In this document: piece by piece, positions 12,197 through 24,153 of the stretch
Layout: each line of letters begins with the position of its first letter
How positions within the stretch are numbered: the stretch's first letter is position 1
NCBI RefSeq assembly: GCF_006345805.1
Contig: NC_043024.1
Coordinates: forward strand, 10,602,001-10,666,000
Direction: 5' to 3'
DNA: 64,000 bases
Source: Octopus sinensis
Lineage: Eukaryota
Position numbers and translations under genes: made by a program
Notes under the pieces: model-generated
What the model saw: the letters and a program-made list of their open reading frames with translations, nothing else
Database searches by the model: none
Told to the model about the DNA's origin: nothing

Positions 12197-12562
12197 AAGG
12201 TGGGGAGCTGGCAAAATGGTTAGCAGCATTTTGTCTGTCTTTATGTTCTGAGTTCAAATTCCACCTTGCTCACCTTTACCTTTCATCCTTCCAGGGGCCG
12301 ATAAAATAATTACAAGTTGAACACTGGGGTCGATCTAATTGGCTTATTCCCTCCCCTAAAATTACTGGCCTTGTGCCAAAATTGGAAACCATTATTATTA
12401 TCATCATCATCATTATTATCATTATTATTATCATTATTATCATTATTATTATCATTATTATTATCATTATTATTATTATTATCATTATTATTATCATTAT
12501 CATTATTATTATTATTTTTATTATTATTATTATTATCATTATTATTATTATTATTATTATTA

Positions 12563-12599
<37 letters not shown>

Positions 12600-12600
12600 G
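12197..12600 (+). mobile_element. SINE family B variant followed by a long (ATT/ATC)n tract
   Basis: Head taaggtggggagctggc; ends ggccttgtgccaaaattggaaacc then (att)n. Confidence 0.8.
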
Positions 12601-13072
12601 AGTGAGAGAGCAGTTCATACCATCAAAGTGACACTGGGGTAAAATATACGAAGCCCAATATACCCATCATGACTACCCGTCTGATAAGGGTACACCAGGC
12701 ACATGCATCACAACCATATGTGCGTGACATGGTGATCTCATATCAAGATAAACAGCACATGACCTTGCAGGTGGGGCACAGTTAGAATTTTCTTCAGGTT
12801 GAGTAGCCCATCCTGCTCAAACGGTCCCTGAATAAGGGTTGTTTAAGGATGTTGAAAGAACACCCATGTTTCCAGAGGTGAACTATTCAAACCCCAAGAA
12901 TCCCTCTCAACACATGGCTATGATGCTCCCCCACTACTTCTGCTCGTGATCAGAGATGCACATATCGTCAGCCACTAAGGGACATGCTCAACTGGTTAAG
13001 GTCAAACAACTGACAAGCAAATCTGTGGTATTGAGCAGAATATTTGCTGTAGCCCATCTTTTATACCAAGAC
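12600..13072 (-). mobile_element. Non-coding ~470-bp insert bounded by (TAT)n on both sides; candidate non-autonomous retroelement
   Basis: Complex sequence with sharp borders inside a trinucleotide array. It has no recognisable ORF and ends in (AAT)n if read on the minus strand. Confidence 0.55.
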
Positions 13073-13073
13073 A

Positions 13074-13104
<31 letters not shown>

Positions 13105-13175
13105 TACTATTACTTTTACTATTATTATTATTGTTATTATTATCATTATTATTATCATTATTATTATTATTATTA

Positions 13176-13631
13176 CTTTTTTTTCTTCTTCTTTCAAATT
13201 TGCTTCCATTTCTTGCCGAGTGTCTTCCCGACTCCTAGGGCAAAGAAACTCATAGTATACATTGGTAGGCCATTAAACCAAACTCAGTAGTTCGTTCATT
13301 TTTTTTTTTTTTTTAAAGTTAAATTAAAATACATGAGTAGCAACAGTTCTCACATCGACAATGCTCTTCTCAATACGTGTGATGTACCAGTTAAGACAAT
13401 CTTTTGCACTTCTTGCAGGGATGGTAAGCCAGGGATCATTCTCATATAATTTTCGGTTCCCTTCTTGATCATTCCTAGTGCTCCTACGATCACTGGTATT
13501 GTAACCGCCTTGATATGCCACATTTTCTCAATTTCAATGAGTAGGTCTTTATATTTTCTGAGCTTGTCAAACTCTTTTGCTGAGATATTATGATCACAGG
13601 GGATGCTCATGTCGATCAATAAGCAAACTTT
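13176..13631 (-). mobile_element. R4/Dong-clade retrotransposon 3' fragment (restriction-like endonuclease C-terminus + 3' UTR)
   Basis: KVCLLIDMSIP...KLRKYKDLLIEIEKMWHIKAVTIPVIVGALG...VLRRALSM*, a PD-(D/E)xK RLE motif; flanked by (TAT)n. Confidence 0.85.
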
Positions 13632-13632
13632 A

Positions 13633-13678
<46 letters not shown>

Positions 13679-13739
13679 CATTATTATTATTATCATTATT
13701 ATTATTATTATCATTATTATTATCATTATTATTATTATT

Positions 13740-13968
13740 AGGCAAGAAGCTGGCAGAATTGTTAGCACACCGGGAGAAATGCTTAGTGGTATTTCGTCTG
13801 TTTTTACATTCTGAGTTCAAATTCTGCCGAGGTCAACTTTGCCATTCATCCTTTCACAGTAGGGGGGGGGGGGGCGATGAAATAAGTACCAGTTACACAC
13901 TGGGGTCGATCTAATTGACTTGGTCCCTTCCCCTGAATTTGAGGCCTGGTGCTTCCAGTAGAAAGGAT
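13740..13968 (+). mobile_element. SINE family B variant with (TTA)n tail
   Basis: Head ggcaagaagctggcagaattgttagcac; tail ggcctggtgcttccagtagaaaggattatt. Confidence 0.85.
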
Positions 13969-13983
13969 TATTATTATTATTAC

Positions 13984-14065
<82 letters not shown>

Positions 14066-14066
<1 letters not shown>

Positions 14067-14428
14067 TATGTTTGACTTTTGCTTTATATTTGTACAAGTT
14101 GGCTCCAAGTCTCACCCAGAGACCTCAAGAGACAACAGGGTTGGAAGTTCATGTTGTTGTTATGCCTAGTGTGCCATATATTTGGGGGGTGGGGGTGTTG
14201 TACTAATGAATGTCTAAAAAAAAAGGCTTTAGTTTTTTTTTTTTAAACCGAAAATTATGTTTGTCTTAAACCTTGAGATTACATAGAGAGTATTTTGCAT
14301 AGGATATGAGCAGTTCCCATGAGCACTATCTTTTGAATTTCTGCCATTTTGGGGGTTTCAGCCCCTTTTGCTATCATTCCCAGGGCACCTATGACAACAG
14401 GTATTGTTTTAGTCTTCAGCTTCCACAT
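14066..14428 (-). mobile_element. R4/Dong 3' fragment, same subfamily as 24151 and 24662
   Basis: Same terminus ctatgtttgacttttgc...ggctccaagtctcacccagagacctcaagagacaacagg as 24662; encodes ...KTIPVVIGALGMIAKG and ...ILSM*. Confidence 0.9.
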
Positions 14429-14444
14429 TATTCTTATTATTCCA

Positions 14445-14489
<45 letters not shown>

Positions 14490-14496
14490 CATCATA

Positions 14497-14544
<48 letters not shown>

Positions 14545-14546
14545 GT

Positions 14547-14790
14547 TAAGGTAGCAAGCCAGCAGAACCGTTAGCAGACCAGAAAAAATTCTTAGCGGCA
14601 TTTCGTCCGTCTGTCTTAAAGACGTTCTGAGTTCAAATTCCACCGAGGTCAACTTTGTCTTTCCGTCCTTTCTGGAATCAATAAAAGAAAGTAAGAGTTA
14701 AATGCTAAAGTCAATATAATCCACAACCCCCTTCACCCCCACCTCCCAGACTTGTTGGTCTGATGCCAGAATTCAAGACCATTATTTATA
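14547..14790 (+). mobile_element. SINE family B, diverged
   Basis: taaggtagcaagccagcagaaccgttagc ... ctgagttcaaattccaccgaggtcaactttg. Confidence 0.7.
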
Positions 14791-15142
14791 CATTCAAATG
14801 GTAATATTAAAATAACTCACGGGGTTCTATATTTATATGGAACACAAGTTTATTTTCCTAATGGCACTAATATTTTATTCACTGAGTTAATATGGCCACC
14901 AGGCGGCAAAAAAAAAAAAAAATCCCATGATGCTTTGCCAAGACAATGACCCTTCTCTTGGTCATTCAACAGGCTGCTAGAAATAACAGTTGATAAAAAT
15001 GAAATATGTTTATAAGACGGGTAACCCTTTTGGTGGTCAATCCTGCCACATCTGGCCAAAATATTCTGCCTCTTTTATGATCAAAGTGGTCAGATCCAAA
15101 ATTTCAAACCTACTCTACAATCTCATAGTAAATATAAACAAT

Positions 15143-15304
15143 AGGTGCAGCAGTGGCTGTGTGGTAAGTAGCTTGCTTACCAACCATATGGTTCCGGGTT
15201 CAGTCCCACTCTGTGGCACCTTGGGCAAGTGTCTTCTACTATAGCCCCGGGCCGACCAAAGCTTTGTGAGTGGATTTGGTAGACGGAAACTGAAAGAAGC
15301 CTGT

Positions 15305-15342
<38 letters not shown>

Positions 15343-15736
15343 CACATATATACACATATATACATAGGCGTAGGAGTGGGTGTGTGTAAGTAGCTTACTT
15401 ACCAACCACATGGTTCCGGGTTCAGTCCCACTGCGTGTTACCTTGGGCAAGTGTCTTCTACTATAGCCTCAGGCCAACCAAAGCCTTGTGAGTGAATTTG
15501 GTAGATGGAAACTGAAAGAAGTCCGTCGTATATATAAATATATATATATATATATACACACATATATACATAGGTGTAGGAGTGGGTGTGTGGTAAGTAG
15601 CTTGCTTATCAACCACATAGTTCTGGGTTCAGTCCCACTGCGTGGTATCTTGGGTAAGTGCCTTCTACTATAGCCTCGGGTCAACCAAACCTTGTGAGTC
15701 GATTTAGTAGGCAGAAACTGAAAGAAGCTTGTCGTA

Positions 15737-15785
<49 letters not shown>

Positions 15786-16003
15786 ATGTATGTGTGTGTA
15801 TATATGTTTGTCCCCCCCAACATCGCTTGACAACCAATGCTGGTGTGTTTACGTCCCCGTAACTTAGCAGTTTGGCAAAAGAGACCGATAGAATAAGTAC
15901 TAGGCTTACAAAGAATAAGTCTTGGGGTCGATTTGCTCGACTAAAGGTGGTGCTCCAGCATGGCCACAGTCAAATGACTGAAACAAGTAAAAGAGTAAAA
16001 GAG
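15143..16003 (+). mobile_element. SINE family A cluster: two 5' halves (15143, 15366) then a full copy (15572-16003)
   Basis: Three near-identical heads, each followed by (TA)n; only the third has the 3' half. Confidence 0.9.
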
Positions 16004-16209
16004 TAGAATCACTGAAATCTCAAAGCTATAGGATTATGCCTGATTAATCCAAGACAATGTAAATAAACGAGCCTCAGATTTGATTAAAGTAATCCGAATA
16101 TTAAAGAGTTAAACCTCTTTGTTGCGAGATTTCCGTTGAAATAATCTGTATTTTGTTTGTTTTTGTTTTTTCAATTAATTTTGAAAAATAACGAAGAATG
16201 GATTTAAGT

Positions 16210-16613
16210 AGGTGCAGGAGTGGCTGTGTGGTAAGTTGCTTGCTTACCAACCACATGGTTCCGGGTTCAGTCCCACTGCATGGCACCTTGGGCAAGTGTC
16301 TTCTACTATAGCCTCGAGCCAACCAAAGCCTTGTTAGTGGATTTGGTAAATGGAAACTGAAAGAAGCCCGTCGTATATGTGTGTATATATATATATGTTT
16401 GTATGTCTGTGTTTGTCCCCCCAACATCGTTTGACAACCGATGCTGGTGTGTTTATATCCCCATTACTTAGCGGTTCGGCAAAAAGAGACCGATAGAATA
16501 AGTACTGGGCTTACAAAAGTATAAGTCCCGGGGTCGAGTTGCTCGATTAAAGGTGGTGCTCCAGCATGGCCACAGTCAAATGACTGAAACAAGTAAAAGA
16601 GAGTAAAAGAGAG
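16210..16613 (+). mobile_element. SINE family A, full length (tRNA-like head, CORE-like centre)
   Basis: A/B-box-like motifs, ccttgggcaagtgtcttctactatagcc, internal TA/TG tract and gtaaaagag tail. Confidence 0.9.
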
Positions 16614-16639
16614 AGTTCTTTGAGCCTCCCAAATGCTGT

Positions 16640-16860
16640 TGCTGATCCCTTGTGGGTCCTTTTAGCGTCTGTCCCTTGTCGTGGCGTTATAGTTCTGGCC
16701 ACCTTTCACACAATGCTTCTCTCAATGTGACCATAAAGCATGGCCTGGATGCCCAAAGACTTCCCTTTTTTCAGCTTGAGCCAACAGGGCCTGACTGCAA
16801 CTTCCTCACCATCCTCTGGGACAATACCATTTTTGCCACTGGCGCTGTGAGACACACTGA
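16640..16860 (-). mobile_element. Possible degenerate RTE/BovB-like C-terminal fragment
   Basis: Broken frames give QAMLYGHIE and GGQ, loosely matching LLYGEL..G.R..GGQ. Confidence 0.25.
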
Positions 16861-17012
16861 CAAACCTTTTTAGATATTACTTGTTATTTATCGTTTTTAT
16901 TCAATGGTATTTCTTTGCTTGCCAAAAGAAAACTTCGTTAATAATTAACTAAAAAAATGTCAGAAATGTATCAATTATCATTATTATTATTATTGTTATT
17001 GTTATTGTTATT

Positions 17013-17590
17013 ACGGTGGCGAGATGGCAGAGTCATTAACACACCAGGTGAAATGCTTAGCAGTATTTCGTCTGCAGCGACATTCTGAGTTCAAATTCCG
17101 CCAAGGTCGACTTTGCCTTTCATCCTTTCAGGGTCGATTAAATAAGTACCAGTTATGCACTGGGGTCGATATAATCGACTTAATCCGTTTGTCTGTCCTT
17201 GTTTGTCCCCTTTGTGTTTAGCCCCTTGTGGGTGGTAAAGAAATAGGCATTTCGTCTGCCGCTACGTTCTGAGTTCAAATTCCGTCGAGGTCGACTTTGC
17301 CTTTCATCCTTTCAGGGTCGATTAAATAAGTACCAGTTATGCACTGGGGTCGATATAATCGACTTAATCCGTTTGTCTGTCTTTGTTTGTCCCCTCTGTG
17401 TTTAGCCCCTTGTGGGTAGTAAAGAAATAGGCATTTCGTCTGCTGCTACATTCTGAGTTCAAATTCTGCTGAGGTTGACTTTACCTCTCATCCTTTTGGG
17501 GTCAATTAAATAAGTACCAGTTACACACTGGGGTCGATGTAACTGACTTAATCCCCTCCCCCAAGCTGCCCATGTGACAAAAATTTGAAA
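17013..17590 (+). mobile_element. SINE family B trimer
   Basis: Junctions aaagaaatag|gcatttcgtctg at 17247 and 17431 (period 184). Confidence 0.9.
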
Positions 17591-17634
17591 TCATTACTAT
17601 TATTGTTGTTGTTGTTGTTATCATTATTATTACT

Positions 17635-17895
17635 TCGTGCCGGTGGCACGTAAAAAGCACCATCCGATCATGACCGTTTGCCAGCCTCGCCTGGCACCTG
17701 TGCCGGTGGCACATAAAAAGCACTGCCTACAATCACGGATTGGTTGGCGTTAGGAAGGGCATCCAGCTGTAGAAACACTTCCAGATCAGACTGGAGCCTG
17801 GCGCAGCCTCCTAGCTTCCCAGACCCCAGTTGAACCGTCCAACCCATGCTAGCATGGAAAGCGGACGCTAAACGATGATGATGATAATGATGATG
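17635..17895 (+). mobile_element. RTE 3' UTR-derived element (family C)
   Basis: gtgccggtggcacgtaaaaagcacc modules; gcggacgctaaacgatgatg tail. Confidence 0.85.
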
Positions 17896-18049
17896 ATTAT
17901 TAGTGAAATAGCAGAAATGGTAAAGTGCCAGACTCGATACTGTGAGGAATTTGTCTGCTTCCTTCCGTTGTGAATTCAGTTCCCGCTGGAGTCAGTTTTG
18001 ACCTTTTGTCACTCGGAGACTCTCTGGGCATGTGAGTGTGTGTCCGTGT

Positions 18050-18355
18050 GTCCGCGCGCGTGTGTGTGTGTGTGTGTGTGCGTATATTCGTACATTTGTG
18101 TGTGTGTACATATGTGCGCACACATGCTTGTATGTGTATGTACATTAATGTGTGATGCATGTGTGTGTGAATATGCACATGCGTGTGTGTATATGTGTGA
18201 ATGCACACGTGTGTATGTGTATATGTGCATGTGTATATATATATATATATATATATATGTATGCATGTGTGTGTATGTATATGTATGTATGCATGTGTGT
18301 GTATGTATATGTATGTATGCATGTGTGTGTATGTATATGTATGTGTGTCTGTGTA
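18050..18355. repeat. (TG)n/(TA)n compound microsatellite
   Basis: Directly visible. Confidence 0.95.
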
Positions 18356-19029
18356 ATATGGTAACCACAAATCATGGCATTGTGCCAAAACCAGGAATTG
18401 TATTTCTTTTGTTGTTTTTATTGTTGTAGTCTTTTTGTTGTTGCTTTTTTCTCTCTGAGCAACTCCAGACCTCAACAACTGACCTCAATGACTGACCAAG
18501 CCGCACATTGTACTTTTGGCCATTATTTATGAGTAGCAACGATATATTTCACAGAAAGGAGACCAAACACTAAGAATTAAGATTCCGTTCAAAGTTTGTT
18601 ATAATATTTGTGATTTTGAAAAGGTTCAAACCACTGATTCTCACAGGTGGGGCATGACCCCCACCTGTGAGGCCTGGAAAAATTGTGTTGGGCATTGGGA
18701 TCCAAAATATATTTCTATATTTTTTTAGTGGGACATAGAATTGTGAAAATGTATTTTTCACGGCAAACATTCTCCACCTCTACTCATCCCAGCTGCCAAA
18801 CCAATCCCTCCAGCCAAGCAGAATAGCATGAAGACCTGTTCAGATCATATGCTGTCATTTTAGGAGTTCAAAATGACAGCATGTGATCCATTGCAAATAC
18901 TGTCTAAGTTTATCATGGCAATTACTACACTTGGTGGAGGGTAATATACAGCATCCAGAGCTGAGGCAGTCAATTGTTTCTCTAGATGTACCACAAAGGC
19001 ATTTTGCATAATTTAAAAAGAAAATGTTG

Positions 19030-19545
19030 TCTTGGTAGCTTTCTTGTGAATGCCGATGCCAGCACCGCCTCCACTGGCTTCCGTGCAGGTGGCACGTAAA
19101 ATACACCAATCCGACCGTACGACAGGCACCCATGCCAACCCCCTTTGCTTGCGAAGACATATTGGGGCAAGCGAAAGCGAAATCGAAATCGAATTGAACC
19201 AGCCAGGATCCCTGGTCTGGTGGTACGTAAAAAGCACTATCCGACTCGTGGCTGATGCCAGCGCCGCCTCGACTAGCTTCCGTGCCGGTGGCACATAAAA
19301 TACACCAATCCGACCGTGGCCGTTGCCAGCCTCGCCTGGCACCTGTGCAGGTGGCACGTAAAAAGCACCCACTACACTCACGGAGTGGTTGGTGTTAGGA
19401 AGGGTATCCAGCTGTAGAAACATTACCAGATAAGACTGGAGCCTGGTGCAGCCTTCTGGCTTCCCAGATCCCCGGTTGAACCGTCCAACCCATGCTAGCA
19501 TGGAGAACGGACGTTAAACGATGATGATGATGATGATGATGATGA
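19030..19545 (+). mobile_element. RTE 3' UTR-derived element (family C)
   Basis: Same modules and (GAT)n tail as other family C copies. Confidence 0.85.
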
Positions 19546-20016
19546 ACACTGATCCTGAGCTGCTATAACAGAGCCTTCTGGTCCTTATTTGAGTTCAGAT
19601 GAGTCATGGTCTTGTGAACATCAGGATTACTGGCCCCTGTAGAGCGTTTGTTATGTAAAGCATTTTCCATCTTTTTCACATCTCTGAGATCCCATCTGGT
19701 TTAGCTTCAGCCTGTGTTTGTTTTGCTTCCGCTGTGTGTTCATCTGTTTCATCCAGTTGTACCTATCTCTTTTTCATTTTTAACCTCTTAACATATTATT
19801 CTGAATCTGTCCAGCGGTTCTTGAGATAACAATACCCCTGCCTTCCTGCCTTCGCTAAGGCAGAGGTAAGAATAAATTTTCCCAAGGCACATTGGAGATG
19901 GAAGATTGAATTTTTGTGACTCTTGTCATTGAATACTACTCTGAGTAGTTCTATGATTAAGTACTCCTTTTGGTCAAACACTGCTATAACTGTGTAATCC
20001 TCTGATTAAGTGCCTC

Positions 20017-20710
20017 TATGATTGACTGAGTTGACTCTTAACTGGGTATACTTATGATTGACTGAGTTGACTCTTAACTGGGTACACCTATGATTGACTG
20101 AGTTGACTCTTAACTGGGTATACTTATGATTGACTGAGTTGACTCTTAACTGGGTATACTTATGATTGACTGAGTTGACTCTTAACTGGGTATACTTATG
20201 ATTGACTGAGTTGACTCTTAACTGGGTACACCTATGATTGACTGAGTTGACTCTTAACTGGGTACACCTATGATTGACTGAGTCGACTCTTAACTGGGTA
20301 CACTTATGATTGACTGAGTCGACTCTTAACTGGGTACACTTATGATTGACTGAGTTGACTCTTAACTGGGTATACTTATGATTGATTGAGTTGACTCTTA
20401 ACTGGGTACACCTATGATTGATTGAGTCGACTCCTAACTGGGTACACCTATGATTGACTGAGTCGACTCCTAACTGGGTACACCTATGATTGACTGAGTC
20501 GACCCTTAACTGGGTACACCTATGATTGACTGAGTCGACTCTTAACTGGGTACACCTATGATTGACTGAGTCGACCCTTAACTGGGTACACCTATGATTG
20601 ACTGAGTCGACTCTTAACTGGGTACACCTATGATTGACTGAGTCGACCCTTAACTGGGTACACCTATGATTGACTGAGTCGACTCTTAACTGGGTACATC
20701 TATGATTGAG
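20017..20710. repeat. 36-bp tandem satellite, 19 complete units
   Basis: Unit tatgattgactgagt(t/c)gactcttaactgggta(t/c)ac(t/c). The start tatgattga recurs at 20161, 20341, 20521 and 20701 (180 = 5 x 36). Confidence 0.98.
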
Positions 20711-20857
20711 TGCTCTTATGATTGTGGGGTACTTTGGTTTTTCCTAAAATTAAGTACTCCTATCACTGGCCACTTCTGTGATTAAGTACTTCCTTGATTA
20801 AATATCCATTTATTGAGTAACTCCCTTACTGAGAACTCTTATGAATGAGTACTCTTG

Positions 20858-21228
20858 GGTGGTTAAGAAGCTTGACTTGCGACCACATGGTTTCAGGTTC
20901 AGTCCCTCGGTGCAGCACCTAAGGCAAGTGGCTAGTTCTATAGCCACATGCTGACCAATGCATTGTGAGTGAATTTGATTGCCAGAAACTGTGTGGAAGC
21001 CCTTCATGTGTGTCTGTCTGTCTGTTTTTGTCCTTCTCACCACTTGGATAACCAGCGTTGGTTTGTTTACATCACTGTAACTTAGCAGTGTGGCAAAGGA
21101 TACCAATAAAATAAGTACCAGGTGTAAAAAAAAGTAAGTGCTGGGGTTAATTCGTTCAACTACAACCCTTCGGGTTGGTGCCCCAGCATGGCCACAGTGC
21201 AGTGGCTGAAACAAGTAGAAGGTAAAAT
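20858..21228 (+). mobile_element. SINE family A, diverged
   Basis: ggtttcaggttcagtccc ... ggtgccccagcatggccacagtgcagtggctgaaacaagtagaag. Confidence 0.75.
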
Positions 21229-21419
21229 GATTTTGAACAAAGCAGCAGAGTCTCACCTGAGGAAGATTTAGTTGTTATTTCTAGCAAGTAGACTGACCAC
21301 ATAGGAGCTGCATTGTTGGTGCGGGTGTTTGCGTGGAAGGGGTGTTCGGGGTTGGAGGTGAACCACTTTCTGTTTCAAGGACACTCCATACATTTAACAC
21401 TTTCAATGTCTCCCCCTCT

Positions 21420-21875
21420 TCCTCCTCCTCTTTTCTTCTTCTTCTTCTTCTTCTTCTTCTTCTTCTTCTTCTTCTCCTTCTTCTTCTTTTTCTTCTTCTT
21501 TTTCTTCTTCTTTTCTTCCTTCCTTTTTCTTCTTCTTCTCCTTTCTTCTCCTTCTTCTTCTCCTTCTTCTTCTTCTTTTTCTTCTTCTTCTTTTTCTTCT
21601 TCTCTTTTTTTCTTCTCTTCCTCTTCTTTCTTTTTTCTTCTTTTTCTTCTTCTTTTTCTTCTTATTCCTTTTCTCTTTCTTCTCCTTCTTCCTTCTTCTT
21701 CTCCTTCTTCTTCTTCTTCTTCTTCTTTTTCTTCTTTTTCTTCTTCTTCTCTTTCTTTTTCTTCTTCTTCCTCTTCTCTTTCTTTTTCTTCTTCTTCTTC
21801 TTCCGCTTCTTCTTCTTCCTCTTCTTCCTCTTCTTCTTCCTCCTCCTCCACCACCTCCTCCTCCTCCTCCTCCTG
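21420..21875. repeat. (CTT)n polypyrimidine/polypurine tract
   Basis: Directly visible; explains the poly-E/K/F/S ORFs. Confidence 0.95.
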
Positions 21876-22269
21876 TCCTTCTTTTCCACAGCATTAAACC
21901 AAAGATGCTTCTGTTTGTCAACTTTTGCTCTTATGACCACCACCACCGCCACCACTACTACCACCTCCGTCGCACTACCTCCCACCGCCGTCGCTACCTC
22001 TCCTACACTCTGAAGTGGGGTGGCCAGAGAATGGTAACGCATAGCAGCAGCAGCAGGGGGGCGGTGGGGGAGGATCGGTAGTGTTTGAAGCACCATCGGC
22101 ACCACCACCACAACCACCACCACCGCCTCCGCCGCCGCCAACCAAAGACAAATAAATTAGGTGTTCAAATATTTATTACTCTCTCAGAACCAGACATTCA
22201 CTTATATATCTACATATTTATATATTTATATATGTGTATAGTTTATTTTTATTTTATTTTCTTATTCTT

Positions 22270-23105
22270 ATTCTCTGTATGTGCATGTGCGTGTTGTCTG
22301 TGTGTCTTGTATGTGTGTGTGTGTCTTTGTATGTGTATGTGTCTTTGTGTGTCTTTTTGTGTGTGTGTGAGTGTGTGTGTCTTAGTGTATGTGTATCTTT
22401 GTGTGTGTGTGTATGTCTTTCTGTATGTGTGTGTGTCTTGTGTGTGTGTGTCTTTGTATGTGTGTGTCTTTGTGTGTGTATTTGTGTGTGTGTGTGTGTG
22501 TCTTTGTGCGTGTGTCTGTGTGTGTGTGTGTCTTTGTGTGTGTGTGTCTTTGTGTGTGTGTGTCTTTGTGTGTGTGTCTTTGTGTGTGTGTGTCTTTGTA
22601 TGTGTATGTGTGTCTTTGTATGTGTGTGTGTGTGTTTGTGCATGTGTGTCTTTGTGTATACATGTGTGTCTTTGTGTGTGTCTTTGTGTGTGTGTGTGTC
22701 TTTGTATGTATGTGTGTCTTTGTGTCTTTGTGTGTGTGTGTCTGTACATTGTTTCTTTTTCTCAGAATCTTCCTATTTCTCTTTCCCCCTCCTCTTCGTC
22801 TTCTTTCTTCTTCTTATGCAGCTGCTTGTCAAGTGTTTCTACAATGCAGCTTCCTGCTACAAGCTGAATGGAAGCCATCACCATCACCACCACCATCATC
22901 ATCATCATCATCATCTTCACCACCATCATCATCACCATCACCATCATCAACTTCACCACCATTAATATCATCATCACCACCACCATCGTCATCATCTTCA
23001 CTATCATCATCATCATCATCATCACCATCATCATCACCTTCATCATCACCATCATCATTATCACCACCATCCTCATCATCGTCATCATCGTCACCATCGC
23101 CATCG
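22270..23105. repeat. (GT)n-ctttg compound repeat followed by a (CAT/CAC)n tract
   Basis: Directly visible. Confidence 0.95.
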
Positions 23106-23134
23106 CTTATTATTACTGTTACTATTAACGACAT

Positions 23135-23697
23135 TTTGTCTGTCTTCACGTTCTTCGTTCAAAGTCTGCCGAGGTCGACTTTGCCTTTCATCCTTTCGGG
23201 GGGGTCAATGAAATAAGTACCAGTCATGCACTGGGGTCGATGCAAGTAACTACTAGTCTCCTCCCCCTCCAAAATTTCAGGCCTTGTGCCTACAGAGGAA
23301 AAGATTACTGCTATTAACAATTTGAATACTGGGGTTGATGTAATCGACAAAGTCCTTGCACGCCCAAAATTGCTGGCTTTGTGCCAAAATTTGAAATCAA
23401 TATCTAAGGCACCAACCTGGTAGAATCCATTGCATGCCAGACAAAAAACTGAGTGACACTTCAACTACCTTTACAATCTGAGTTCAAAGTTCATCAAGGT
23501 CAACTTTACCTTTCATCTTCCTGGGGGGGGGTCGATAAAATAAGTACCAGTTGAATACTGGGGTTAATGTAATTGACTAACTCCCCACACCCCAAAATTG
23601 CTGGCCTTGTGCCGAAATTTGAAACCAATATTTTCCATCTCTCTTGATCATGGAATTTCTGACCCCTAATCGGTCTTTTATAGAGTTAAATATTGGT
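23135..23697 (+). mobile_element. SINE family B variants in tandem plus a unique flank; 23328-23697 is duplicated in inverted orientation at 27793-28155
   Basis: Family B core motifs; the non-SINE flank ccaatattttccatctctcttgatcatggaatttctgacccctaat is mirrored near 27.8 kb. Confidence 0.8.
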
Positions 23698-23739
23698 CAA
23701 ATAAAATAAAGAGCAAATAAAGTAAAGTACAAGTCAAGT

Positions 23740-24000
23740 ACTGCTCCCTTCTTGACTATTCGTGGGTTAAAGGGGCATGCAACATCATCTATATAGCATA
23801 TATGGTGCACCTTGTCCTCCACCACAAGGTCCGGTCTGTTATGCTCTAGCACTTGATCTGTTTGGATTGGGAAATCCCGGAGGAATTTGCTAGACTCCAA
23901 CTCTGCCACTCTCTGCTGTTTGTGCCCATACCACATCTTGTCCCTCTCTAGCCCCTACTTTTTGCACAGTTTCCAAAGTAGCCCTTTCACTACCTGATCG
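23740..24000 (-). mobile_element. R4/Dong RLE fragment (different subfamily)
   Basis: KFLRDFPIQTDQVLEHNRPDLVVEDK...DVACPF. Confidence 0.75.
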
Positions 24001-24121
24001 TGTTGCCACAACCTGTAGTGGTTTGGGTCAAGTCTAGGGCATTCATTCACGATATGGGCAATGGTTTCATACACTCTATTGCAGATGCGGCACAGATATT
24101 TATTATTATTATTATTATTAC

Positions 24122-24150
<29 letters not shown>

Positions 24151-24153
<3 letters not shown>

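Noticed and set aside
14893-14908. CTCF-like motif tggccaccaggcggca
   Set aside because: One short motif with a core mismatch and no supporting context.
18851-18880. 11-bp hairpin gctgtcatttt/aaaatgacagc
   Set aside because: Short AT-rich stem with no associated element; plausible by chance.
19813-19871. Candidate exon ccag|cggttc...gcagag|gtaaga
   Set aside because: Stop codons in all three frames.
20017-20710. CRISPR array (36-bp palindromic repeat)
   Set aside because: Units abut directly with no unique spacers, there are no cas genes, and the context is eukaryotic.
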